Below are positions 36,899 through 50,100 of a stretch of 64,000 nt of DNA, piece after piece. Numbering within the stretch: position 1 is the first letter of the stretch; the number at the start of each line of letters is the position of its first letter. Origin of the DNA: Takakia lepidozioides. Lineage: Eukaryota > Plantae > Bryophyta. Position numbers and translations under genes: made by a program. The stretch lies in contig CM060731.1 of the NCBI GenBank assembly GCA_030704615.1, positions 58,528,001-58,592,000 on the forward strand, given 5' to 3'. The notes below the pieces were generated by a model that saw only the letters and a list, made by a program, of their open reading frames with translations, was not told where the DNA came from and searched no databases.

Positions 36899-37562
36899 GA
36901 TTCAACAAGGAGATGGAACCAAAAACAACGAAGAAGAACGATGAAATGAAAAATGTTCCGTACAAGTGTGGAGTTGGAAGCCTCATGTATGCGATGGTGG
37001 CTACAAAACCAGACATTGCATTTCCAGTGAGTACTTGGGAGGTACATGCAGAATCCTGGCAAGGAACTCTGGCAAGGAGTTAAAAGGGTGCTTCGCTATT
37101 TGAAAGGTACACAAGAAGTGTGCCTTACGTACAAAAGAATTGATTGTGGTGAAAACCTGATCGTAGAGGGTTACAGTGATACAGACTGGGGAGGGGATCT
37201 TGACGAAAGAATATCTACTTCTGGATATTGCTTTCTACTTTGCGGAGGAGCTGTAAGTTGGAATAGTAAACGCCAAGCTACAGTAGCACTGTCGTTGACT
37301 GAGGCGGAGTATATGGCCGTGACATATGCAACGAAGGAAGCTATGTGGTTGCGAAAGTTGCTTGCAGACTTGGGTTTCACTCAAAAGGAAACCAACAAGA
37401 TTATTAGTTGACAACCATGGCAGTATACAACTCGCGCGAAACCTTGTACACCATGTTCGGACGAAGCATATAGATATTCGACACCATTTCATCAGGGAAA
37501 AGCTCGAGACAGAAAGTATATGGGCGTTCGTTTGAACAATCTGAACAGTACTTGAGTGGGAG
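36899..37562 (+). mobile_element. Copia RT C-terminus, RNase H and PPT (frameshifted)
   Basis: PYKCGVGSLMYAMVATKPDIAF...GYSDTDWGGDLDERISTSGY...[28 protein letters not shown]. Confidence 0.95.
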
Positions 37563-38214
37563 TGTTGGAATTCCAATCCAGATCAAGTTGATTAATTAGC
37601 TCATGCACTGGCTAATGTTGCTTAGCCTAATTGAGATTTGGGCTAGTAGAAGATTAGCCACGATCATAAGGATTAAGGGCCGCTTTACACTAGGGCCCAA
37701 GCCCAAGACCAAGTGAGAATGGAGCATTCCCATTGGCGGAGGCCTAAAAATTGGACCCAACCGCTTTACACTATAGCCCGAGCCCAAGAAAATGGAAGTG
37801 GATCATTTGCCTACATGGCACAAGTTTTGGCGCCAACTTCTTGGGCCGGACCAAGAAAAAGGAACCCTCCTAGAATGGAGAGCTCTTGGGCCCAAGAAGT
37901 TTGGTATTAAAATAGACTATTTTTGTGCGATCATGACCATTGAAGTTGGCCCAAGACCAGCCCAAGAGTGGTAGAGCTCTCCACTTAGACGAATTTTCCT
38001 GCGTTGAAAGCATCATGGCCAGTAGAGGAACCTAGGTATAAGATAGGCTGAGACTGCATATACTTATCGTGGTGATAGTTGAGCGATCAGACTGATGGAT
38101 GCATAGCAGAGACACACAGCTTGTTGTTGATGTTCATCGAGTCTTCACACTTAGTGGGTGTGATAGTTCATTCTCAATACAAATTTCATATCTCTGACTG
38201 ATTATGTCTTAACA
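37563..38214 (+). repeat. Copia 3' LTR (with an internal insertion)
   Basis: Starts TGTTGG right after the PPT. A plausible end is TTAACA at 38214. No partner LTR in the window. Confidence 0.6.
37677..37970. mobile_element. Truncated PIF/Harbinger-like MITE inside the copia LTR
   Basis: TAA|GGGCCGCTTTACAC start with repeated GGCCCAAG motifs. The second TIR was not found. Confidence 0.4.
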
Positions 38215-39269
38215 TGTCCAACCTTGAGGACCCGACTGGCGATCTGAAAAGTTTCTCTCTCTTTTCTCGGTCCAACTATGACCAATTTCAGGCGCTTTGC
38301 TTGTTTTGCTATTCACAAGGAATTTATTAGAATCCCAAAGAAAACTGTTTGCTTGATTGCGTCCAACAGGAAAATCAACAACAATGCCAAAGGCACTTCT
38401 CTCTTTGTAACCATAGGGCCTCAATTCAATTCAAAAGCAGTATGGACCTAAGGTAACCAGCCTCTCTTATTCCAGTCACAATTCTTTGACTCACATCATA
38501 ACATAGATCATTCTAGTCCAACGATCGTTCAGCCCTGATCTTCGCCAGTGTATTCACAAGCCTTAAAGCGAACCTTTCTTGTTCCAAACAGTGACTGGAA
38601 TCAAGTCTAAACTGTCCCTCTTCAAATCAACTCTTGATGAAACCTTAGTCATAGGATTTACACCATCACTCTGTACAAAAGAGAAATCACAGTCCCTGCT
38701 GCTGCAAGCCACGAAAGGCCAGTGACGTCTATTCCAACATCAACCTACAACTCTGTAAGCACAGCACCGGTTACAGCATCCGGTCCACCCAACCACCAAG
38801 CCATGCTACACAATCAAATTTCCTGCCCATTCAGATTTGCTCAAGGCGCCTATACACCATCATCTCTACTCCAACCGTCTTGCCTTGTCCACAACCCCCA
38901 TCCAAAATCCCTAGTCCAGCATCATCTTCATGCACTCTAGCCTGCTCCACTTAAAATGCAACTGTCAGTTCGGCGATATTCTAGCAGTCTCTTGTCATTC
39001 CAAACTGGTTGACAGGTCGATCTTCATTCCTGGCACCTAACACTATCTGCCAGGGAGAAGCGCACATCTTGGCGGTCTGGTTATGTTCCAGATGGAGTTC
39101 CAGATTCCGCTCCAGTTTGGGTATGTATACAAAGCCATGGGCCTCCATGAATCGACATGAATTTACAGTGAATGGACCAGAAATGGGAAAAGAAGAACGG
39201 GTCATTCAATGAGGTATATGGGGCAACCCCGCAATCCAGACAAAACCGCTGGTGCTCAAGCCTGAAAAT

Positions 39270-39690
39270 TCCCACTTGTTGCGATAGTTGCGACCGACAT
39301 TGACGTAGAAGAGAGCAGGTTCTTTTATTTCATTCAAGGTCTTTGTGTTCTGAACGATTTTGAGACCCCCAAATATATATTCCAAAGCTTATAGTGGCCA
39401 GGCTTGTCTTCCCCACAGTTGTGTGAGGCAGAGGCATGGAACTGTCAAAGTAATCACTGTACATGGACATCCCTCGCTTCGACTCACATACAGGTAGAGC
39501 TAATCTCACCACTGGGTCCTTCGCATTCTTCGCCTGGATTTTTTTGTCCGTATGCTGCTCCAGTGGTAGAGTCGACTTCTCTATCAACCTATCCCACCCT
39601 ACTATTACCACAAGGCATGTATCTCGTTTAGGTGGGCATAATGAACTCAAGTAACTACTTTGTTCTCATTATGTGGCATGGAAAAGGTGG
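39270..39690 (-). pseudogene. Frameshifted fragment copy of exon 3 of the gene at 58152-60420
   Basis: VIVGWDRLIEK...QHTDKKI.A...KDPVVR...ESKRGM...PHTTVGKTSLA is near-identical to ~58590-58990. Confidence 0.9.
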
Positions 39691-41105
39691 GGTTCGTCAC
39701 GACGGTATAGCATAGGTCTCCAGGATTGAGAAAGCATAAGATCTGATCTATTGCGAATTCCTTTGCCGTTACTTGGTTGACAACTCATTGGGACACAGCT
39801 TGCGGGAGTCGCACTCCCTTCTTTGTGTTTCCAGCTATTGTACACCCGGAGTTCGTGCACTATCTATGCCAATTTTCGGTTGTTGGGCTTCGTGTTGTTT
39901 CCGAGCTCGTGGTCCCAACCTGATACCTGTACATGCCGCGCTCAACGTAGAAACTGACGTTGCTGGCCAGCCCGCGTTAAAATGTCTGCTAAGTCTTAGG
40001 ATGTGACTCTTGTCACTCTTGTCAGTGCACTTTCTACATTCAATCTCATGTTACCATGCGGAAGAGGAAGAGTTTCCCTATATGGTTACATGCATCCTTT
40101 CTTCCGATCTGCTTTAGCACAGCGGTAGCAGCGGGCATAGTAAACGGGAGTTGCATGTTGACGGATGCAGCAATGCTCGTTAGCGCTCAACGGCAGATTA
40201 ATGCTTGATCTTGAGCTACTCGATATCAGCTGCTGGATGGTTTGATGGCTGCGGATTAGTGCGTGCACGGATGTGTGGTGTCAGTGATATTGTTAGCACA
40301 TCGGGTGTCTTTCCTGGTGGGAGCATGGAGAGTATTGTCAGGTTCCCGCTACGATTATGTGTTCCATAATGGAATATAATGCCATTGAGAGTGGTCATGG
40401 ACTTATCTGGGTTGTGGCTGTGTGCTGTAAGTATGTACTTCGGCTCTCCGTTCACCGTCGCTGTCTTGTTGAGCTGGGATCTTCGCCACTCCATGCCTCC
40501 GACTGCATAGCGGGAGGATGTTAATCTGAGATGTTTCTTCTTGAGAGCTGCGGTCTGGCCACATCTTGCCATATGCTAAACACTGGCGCTATTGAGCTTC
40601 ACAGCCCATTCCTGTTTACTGAGAAAGAAAACATGTGAGACCTGTGTCCACGCGAGTACTGCTCATGCGCCTACTATTCAGATCCACCATGCCAAAAACA
40701 AGCAAGCGCTGCAGTCTACGAGGAGCAAACGAGCAAATACAAACAAGGCTGCTGAGGATACGATGCCTGGCAGTCCACCAGTACTGACGGGATGGATCCG
40801 CTCCGTTCATTCAACGGACGAACTCTGTTGAGGAATTTTGCTCTACAAGATGAAGACCATGAGTGAAACTATCAGCCGCGCGGTCACTGTTGGACGCTGT
40901 TGAAGGGACCGCGCGGTCTGTCGTCTTCCCCACCAAATCCTCAGACATCCCCACCAATTCTCGGGCACAAGCGATGCAATTTGTGATGGTGGTGAGATGG
41001 TGTGGTATGGTGTAGAGATTTGGGCTTACTTCTAGTGTGGTATGCAAATGTGGAGGAAGGGTATGTGTTGGTGCATTTGGGTTGCGGGCAGAGCTTAGGG
41101 GAACC

Positions 41106-44100
41106 ATGGCTCTCACAAGCCTTGCCTGCACCTTCTCTCTACGGGAAAAGGATTCATTCGGCTCTCGTTATCCTCATCAGACTTGCAGGGATGCTGGGAA
41201 CCTACTTGGCAATGCCTCTCGTCCATCGTCAGCATTGCATCCTCAATATTATGTGTGCAAAGTGGTCTGTCAAAATCCACTTCATTGTATACACAGGTGT
41301 AGGCTATCACACACAGCATTGCGAGGCGTGTCTCAGAGAGTGAAAAGAAGAGGACGAGGGGACTATGCTGCGGGTAGACTGGTTGTCGTCAAAGCTCAAG
41401 AGGCGGGGGCAGGTGGCCCGGATATGCCTGTTGATGGTCCAGCCGAGAAAGAAATCGCAAAAGGCAGCGAGGGCGTGGGTACAGCTGGAACAGAAAAAGT
41501 TGGAGTTGCGGCACGGATCCAGAGGGCTTTTAGCACAGGTTGTGCGCGATACTTCGAAAATTTGGCAAAGGAAGCTAAGACGGAGGCCGGTGTGGATATC
41601 GCAAGTGTGAAGGAACAAGCAGGTGCACAATTGACGGCCTTAAAAGAGGTGGCAGGTAAGACAGCGGGAGTGGCAAGGGCGCGCTCTCACGAGCTTCTCG
41701 AAAGGATTTACATAGCTAAGGAGCAGGCCGAAAAGGCCGTTGGGGCAGTCCGACAAAGGTTTTGGCCACAGTTCGTCTCATGGAATCGCTGGGAGCTGTG
41801 GCAGGTGAGTTTACAATATCAACGCAGAGGCAGTAGTTATAACCCGTTCCTATTGGTAATGAAGAGGGATGGGTTGAATTCTGGATCAGCGGAAGTTATG
41901 TCCTGCAGGGCGAATCAATCGGGCGTCCTTGAATGCTCAATGCAGCACTCTGGATGTGCGGATGCCGGGATTTTACTAAACCCTAATTCCTGGAATCTCA
42001 CCTTGGAACCCAATCCAAGACTGGTATATATGCAAGCATCTAGTATGGTAGACAAGTAAGAATACATCTCCGTGCGAATGTCTTAATGGCTAGATTCACC
42101 CTCATTGGTTCAAACACATACTTATACAGGACACAGGCAGTTGTGAACTTAGAAAGGCATTCATGTCTGAGCTGTCTGGGAAGTGAACGGTGTGTGGCTA
42201 GACTGGGAATCACTTTGAATTGTATTGGAACAGGATGTGAAGAAATGGGATGCACAGCGTGTGGGTGCCCTGATTCTGTATGCGCTGCTTTTGGGAGCTT
42301 CAATTCGAGGTGCTTACACCATGGTGACAACGCCCCGGTTGACCAAGGCCATGGTTGAGAAGCTGGCTGATGAATATATGGAGTCGGTAATTCCGGAGCC
42401 CACAGAGAAGAATCTTCAGAAGTAAACATTTTCCCTTGTCAAGAGCTTGCTATTTTGTTCTCGTTTAGTCTGTGCACCAAAGGGTACCCTTGTTGCAAAG
42501 AGGCTGACAAGGAGAGGGTTGGGTGCAGGTTCAAGAAGAGGCTCTGGCGTGAGCAGATGCCAGAGGGGTTGCGGGTTCGGAAACATACACTTGGGCCTGA
42601 TGGAGAGTATCGACGGGATCCAACTTATGTGGGAGAGAATCCCTGGGCGGACAGTGACGATGAGGATGAACCTGTGGAGAAGATCATTGAGTCGTCAGAC
42701 CTTACAGCAGAGGAGAAGGAAGAGTTATGGGAGATCATTGCTGAGGCTCGGGCTGCTAGAGGTTCGGGTGGGGCTAGCACAAATACAAATGATGAAGTTA
42801 AAAACAAAGCTAGCATCAGTGCAGGGGATGAAGCTAAAAATGGTCAGTTATTCTCCACATTTATTTGGAAACCACTTAAATGAACAAATTTTCTTGTCTT
42901 TTATCAGGTCGGCTCAAACCGGTTTCATCAAATACTGAATTGTCCATGGACTGTGCTCTCCCTTTCTCTCTCTCTTTCTCAGAGATACATATTCCATGTG
43001 TTGTGTGGCTTGTTCTGCAGAAAGTCCAGTAAGTGTACCTGCATTTGGACAAATTGATGGTGTAGGGGAACCGGTAGAGACTTCAGAAGTCCCACAAACG
43101 CAGACCTGGCAGGAAAGGCTGGCAGCATGGGAAAAACTCCTTGCAAGAGAAAAGGTCAAGGACCTAGTTGATCAACAAACCAGCAAATTTGTTGTTCCTT
43201 TGAGTCACCATGAAATCCGACGCAATTTTCCTGAAGAGCAGGCAGAGAGAGAATTACAGGCCAACAAGAAATGGGCATTCTGGGTGGCTCGGCGCTGGTG
43301 GAAGTACCGGCCAAAACTGCCCTATACATATTTTCTGGCGAAAGTGGAGAACTTAGAGGTACCCTATCTTATGGCTGACAGAGCAATTATGCATGGCATC
43401 TGTATTTAGGAATGACCTGTGAACATAACGAGGAGGCTGCAGTCTTCTGACAGAAAGTCATGCCTCATAAAAACACACTCCATTGTACAATGAATGTAGG
43501 TCTGAAACTGGCATACTTCACCTCAACTGCACCGCTCTTTTATTCTGCTTTGCATTGCAAAGAAGTATGAGCTTGTTAGATTCTCTGTTTCTCTTGTGAT
43601 TTGTATGGCCGGCTGTGTCCTGTAGTCTTCATAAGTTTCTTGGCTTGGCAGACTTGTCATAAGCTGTGTGGTATATTTCTAAGTCGAGTTTTTTTTAAAG
43701 CATTCTATTTTGTTGCGGGGGTCTCCAGTTTCAAGCATTTTACTCCAGCTTAATCGTGCTCATTTTTCAGTTGTACTGGTTGACCAGGTGGAGGCGGCAG
43801 TTTATAGCTGTGACACAAGGAAGCTGTATGTAACCATGAAGGATGGGTTTCCTTCTGAGTTTGTGGTGTGTGAGCTTTTCTCCAGTACTCCCTTGCTGCA
43901 ATCCAAAGTTCTCTTCCCCTTGAGTCTCATGGCCTTTAGTCCATTGTGGATGCAGTCAGCGATTTTTGGAGTTGAACTGTTTTGGCCCAAGTATCCCCCA
44001 ACAAGATTCTCATTTTGCTTCCCTTTTTCCTGTTGTACAGGTGGATATTCCAGTGGACCCCTACTTGTACCAGATGCTGAAAGGTTGTGGGGTAGAGACC

Positions 44101-47100
44101 GATGTCCTGCCGAAGAGCAATTTTTCATTTTACGGGCGTGCTTTTTTGGCACTGCTCCCAAGTGTGCTTATCATTTTCTACATCCGAGCATGGCAGTACC
44201 GTGCTAAAGAAAAATTTTCTGAGAAAATTTACGACCTCCTCAAGATGAACCGGGAGCATCTCATTCTGGTAGCACACTTGCTCCATCCATGTGTGGGTTT
44301 ACCATGAGTTGGGAATAGAGGGGAGTGTGTTTTTCAAAGACGACAAAGAGAGTTTCTCCTGCACACTCCGTAATTTTCCAGAGAAACAGTTTGTTTGGGC
44401 TTTCCAGATATTCTCTGGAAAGCCCTTCACACAAGCATCAATCTGCTGTGTCTGAGCAGCCCAAAAATTAGACCCTGGACCCAAAGACCCCACACAGTTT
44501 GCACGGAACAAAAGGGAACAATTGGTATAAACAATTGGTTCGGGCTTTCCCGATTCCCTCCAGAAATTCCTTTGCTCAAGCATCGATCTGCTGTGTGTGA
44601 GCTGCCCAGTAATTAAACCCCGTTAAGGCTTTATGCTCTGCCTTGCGATTTTGAAGTTGGTGAAGAGAGAAAGAGACCCCACGCCCAGTTTGGACCGAGC
44701 AAAAGGGAACAGACATTACCTTTGTGAGGGGCTCACTCCGGTAGCAGGACTTACCTTGGTATAAACAATAAGTTCAGGCTTTCCAGATATCCTCTAGAGA
44801 TCCCTTCATACAAGCATCAACCTTTTGTGCAGGAGCTGCTCACCTATTAGACCCCAACAACGGCAGGGCTTTAGGCTCAGCCACGAGATTTCAAAGTTGG
44901 TGAACAGAGGTGCAGTAACAATGTTCTTGATGTTCCTGAAGAGATTGTACTCATAAGACTTTGTTTGCCTTTCTTGATGTTCCCAAGAGAATGTACTCAT
45001 AAGACGTTGTTTGCCGTAGCCTTGTGGCCATTGACCCCGCGCCCAGTTTGAGCGGAACACAAAGGGGCTGACGCCGGTAGTAAGACTTACCTTGGAATAA
45101 ACAATTGATCCAGGTTTTCCAGATATCCTCTAGGAATCTCTTTACACAAGCATCAACCTGCTGTGTATGGTTTGCCCAAAAACTAGGCCCCAAAAGGGCC
45201 TGGGCTTTTGGCTCAGCCTCCAGACTTTCAAAGTTGGTAAACAGAGGTACAGGCACAATTCGCTTGATAGATTTCATAAGAGCATCTCTCTGGTGAGAGA
45301 ACCCCGAGAGATTGTACTCATAAGACGTTGTTTGCCGTAGCCTTGTGGCCATTGACCCCGCGCCCAGTTTGAGCGGGAAACCAGTTTGAGAGAACCCCGA
45401 GAGAGAGAGAGAGAAAAAGAGAGACGTCCTGTCACGACTTGTCCAGTCCTAGATCATTTGGATCTAGTCCTGTTTTGCATAATACATCTGGACATGATCC
45501 AGCTCCTTCAGCACAGACACTAGCATTTACATAGAAACCTCATAAGATCTTCCAAACTCAGATTGTGAACATGTGTGCTTACAAATCTTGCAATTGCTTA
45601 CTATAAGGTGCCATCATATGCAAGCAAGGGTTTGACCATAACGTCCCTTCCTAGTTTCCATAAATAGAGTTGTCCATAGACTCATACTAGAACACTTTCA
45701 GTAGAATCTCTGGAGGAGTCAAAATGCAGCTATTAGAAAGCCATAGCTCAGCCGTTAGGAGATTGGTTTAATGAAGCCCGCGTGGGGCCCAACAAAGCAT
45801 TGCTACGTGGTTGATTGTGGCTGTAGTCATATGCTTTTCTCAAAGATTAAGCCTTACATGTGTAAGTATAATCTCGTGTAGTGTGAAACTGCGAATGGGT
45901 CATTAAATCAGGTATAGTTTCTCTTATGGTACCTTGCTACTCGGATAACTGTAGTAATTCTAGAGCTAATACATGCACCAATTCCCGACTTCTGGAAGTG
46001 TGTGGTCACCCTCCATGAGCCCAATAGTAGACCCCCTGGTTTTTAGACAGTTCTACATGTGTCATGCCACCTCCAATCAGCCTCCTTTAAATGCTGACAT
46101 GTCAGCAGCATTTATTTTGCTGAGCCCCTTGGAGGTTATAGTGTCAAAGTTAATCCATGTAGCCATCTACCTATTTCAAGGTAGGCATGAAGATTACACA
46201 GTAGTGGTATTCTTGTCAAAGGGATCAGCATGGCAAGGCTGCCACTGGTGATCAAATCCTAGGATAGTGTACAGTCCATAAATTTTCTGAGAATAGCACA
46301 AACAAGTGTTTACTCTCAACACCATGCCACACCAAGCATCAGGCAGCATGAAGGCTTCCCTTACCCCCTTTCTTTCCTTTTCACAATCCAAGTGTGTGTA
46401 CCCTCGAAAGCAAGTGAAGCTGCCCCACCTGGTCCCATTATGCACACCCTCCAACGGGAAGGGTTTTCCCTAGGTCCTAATCTAATGCATCTGCCCTATA
46501 TGGTCAGAAGAGAGGCTGCCTTGTGTGGTTAGAAGCGGAAGACAAACAGGCAAGAGCTAAAGGAGCAGTCACCTTACTGCTGAACTACCATGGTAGTTGT
46601 CCCAAAGGAAGTTGTTACCAAGTACTCAAACAAGGGCACATATAGGGTGAATACCTTGCCTGTTCTGTTCTACGGAATGACTCCCAACAGAATGAAGGGG
46701 TTAGGCAATTTTTGAGTGGTGTTACCAAGAATTTAGCCACCATCAAGATAAGAGATTGTACTCATAAGACGTTGTTTGCCGTAGCCTTGTGGCCATTGAC
46801 CACAATCACCATCAAGATAAGAGAGAGTGAGAGAGAGAGAGAGAGATGAATTGAAATGGTGCTTCATCCGCGGGAGGCTCAAAGAGCGTATGGGGAAAGA
46901 GAAACAAACAAACAAGAAAGAGAGAGGTGCCCTCCACAAGCAGAACAAAAGCAACTATTGTTCAAGAGTTTGTCTAGAGTCAACGACTCATGCAGGTAAG
47001 CTGCCAAGTATTTCTGATGCTCGGAATAGATTGCCTCTGAGAGTTTGGGTATCACGGAATAGACAATTAGATCTGTCACGGATCTCATAGTAGAAAGGGC

Positions 47101-50100
47101 AGTGAAAGAAGAAGTGTTCTTCACTTTCGATTTCCCTGTTGTTCCCAGTGCAAGTGGGGTAGAGGCGGTCCTCACGATGCAGGTTGACCCACCTACCAGT
47201 CTCTATCTGCAGACAGTGGAAGCCCACCCTGAACCTTTCCCAATGTCCTTAGAAGAGAGGGAGATATAGCTGCAGACAGGTAAATGAGCCGCAAGATTCT
47301 GTCTTCACGGAGGACCAAGAATGTCTCTCATAGAACTGCAGTTCTGTTGTAACGTTGGCTGGTTTCCATGTCCGCCTGACACAAAGTTCCGTAGTTTCTC
47401 GTCTGATGCATCTATTACGGTCCTGTATGGACGTAATTTCCACTCCCTCTGTATCTTGTGGCAGTAGGGAAGTAATAGAGAGTGCACTGTGCTCAAAATA
47501 GTAGGACACACAAGACAGAGATTGCTATAGCTGTGTGGCAACGTAAAAGGCTTGGACTTGCTGGAGCTAGCATATGATGTTCTCCTTTAGCCTAAGTGAG
47601 AGAGGTAATCTGCAAATGTAACCAGCAACTTTCAAATGAGTTGACTGTATGGCAGGCACCAAGCTTGAAACATCTTCGTTCACATTGGACTAAGTATTGG
47701 AATATCGGAATGTTGGGGTGTTAGCCAGAGGATGCAGCAGAGAAGGCTCGGTCAGAGTACAAGGATGTTGTGGTAGGGGGAGATGTGTGGATGGTTCTGG
47801 AAGAGATCATGACTTACATGCGGAATCCAATGAAATACCACAGCAAGCGTGTCAAGATTCCCCGGGTAACAGCTCAATCCCACCCAGTATCTGCCAGAGC
47901 ATGTTAGATTGCCAGGGAAAACGGTGAAAATGATTACCACGGCTGATTCTCATTCGATCCAAGTAGCAAATCATGTATGCATTTATTGAGTAGGTTAATG
48001 TGCAAAATGGTTGAAGAATTCTAACGTTGTCATCATTGAAACTAACAGAAATGAAGAGAATGGAGTCACTACTTCCTCCTACTTCCAGGATTGTAGTCAT
48101 TCTATGTTTTTCCTACCTATCCTTTTTGTTGTTCTCATCGTGAGGGTTTGTAAAACTGGACCCTTAATCTTCCAGGAGGATTTTCTTTGATTCTATTAGC
48201 TCCCAAAATTATATAGATCTGCCCAGGATGTAGGAGAGTTTATGGGTGGTTGGTATGACAGGGGATTTTGATAAGTGGACCTCCTGGCACTGGTAAGACA
48301 TTACTTGCACGTGCCATCGCCAGGGAAAGTGGGCTCCCTTTTGTTTTTGCATCTGGAGCCGAGTTTGTTGAATCGAGCACTGGGAATGGTTCTGACAAAA
48401 TCTTCGAAATTTTTTTCACGGCAAGAGCTAATGTAAGCATCCAAACTCTGTTTTTAGGCTATGTTTACAGCATATCAAGTTGGTTGTTGTCAAACCAGCT
48501 TGACCATTTGTAAGGTTTCCCTGTTTGCAGCTAATCTTGGTTTGTTGTAACTGCTTTTTGAAGTCCATGTACATGTATATGAAGACTGCGTTTGGGGGCT
48601 GGTCTTTGTAGGCACCTGCATTCATTTTCATTGATGAGATAGACGCGCTGGCTGGTAAGAATGTGAATGACGATGCTGAACGGAGGGCCACCTTCCAACA
48701 GCTGTTGGCAGAGCTTGACGGCGAGTAGGTGTCTCTCTCACATTCGATCTCCTCCTTGAACCAGCTGGACCTGAACTTTTGTAGTGAAGATAAACCGTTG
48801 GACTGTGCGTGCTAGTCATTAACAACCAACATATGCTCAGAGCAATTAACCATATGTCGAATTTAGCGTCACATTCAGGCCAGATGGTTCATCTTAATTG
48901 TGAGTGTGGCATGACATGTAGCATTCTCAAATTGATCATTGTGATAATCAATGCAGGCCAGATGATACAGACGTGGATAGATTCTCATCGCGCCAAGCAG
49001 TGGTCCTCATATGTGCAACAAATCGTCCGGATGAGCTGGATGAGAGCTTTAGGCGTCCAGGTCGCATTGACCGTGAGATCCACATTGGACTTCCTGGCGA
49101 AAAGGAGCGCATATCCATTTTTGGGGTTCACAGTAAAGGCTCACGTTTGGCAAATGATGTCAACTTCAGCAGGGTTGGTGGTTTCTCCCTTGCTCTTACT
49201 TCTTGGGTTTGGACGTATCATCTTGCACGGCACTCAGGGCCATCTGGTAAGTTGTGCACATGCAGTGCACTAGCCCAGTTGTCAATTCTCTAATAGTCAG
49301 CACTGGGTGGTTCTAAAAACCGGCGCCTCTTTATGACCCCGTAGCACAGCTGTGCTGGTCTTTTCCAAGTTGCTATCACAATGGTGACATGGTTTTGCAT
49401 GGCAGCTTGTGTATCGGACAATCGGATATTCAGGAGCAGACATCCGCAACCTAATCAATGAGGCAGGCATCATGGCGGTAGGTCACATCCACCAGTTTGC
49501 ACAAAGAAAAATTTGGCAGAAATGTAGTCTACTGCTCTGACACATCTGCAGAAGGGGGTTTATCAATTAGTCTCGCAGACCAATTGTTGAATCTACCTGA
49601 TCACCCAAATCAAATTTCTCTGTTTTTTAAACAAACACAAACACCTTGAAAGTCAAAGCCACAATTCTCTTGATCCCAAGGTTCTTATGCAGGCCTGTTG
49701 CATTGCCAATTGGTGGTGGGTGATCAGGTACGAAATGGTCATGAAGAGGTAACACAGAAAGACTTCATAGATGTGCTTGATAAGCAGCTCTTTGACGGTT
49801 TGGGTATGTCTCTCACAGAAGATGAGCAACTACGGGCCCAGAAACTGGTAGGCTTCAATTTAATTATGTCTATTTTACTTAGGCAAGATGCTGACAGATT
49901 TGTAGATGCCAAGATGAAGGACTTCACCCTTGTGAGCAAACTTCAGATTCAAGGGGGTGACTATGAAGCAGATGATTCAACATCTTGGAATTGACAAAGA
50001 ATGGGTGTGTGTCTGGAGGAGCCTACTCCCATGTAGCATCTCCTGCCAAGCTCGGAAGTACCGACTCATCATCTACGTCTTAATAGCTTTGTTGAGATAA

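Noticed and set aside
45804-45998. Functional rRNA gene
   Set aside because: Only ~200 bp, mutated at conserved positions, and intronic.
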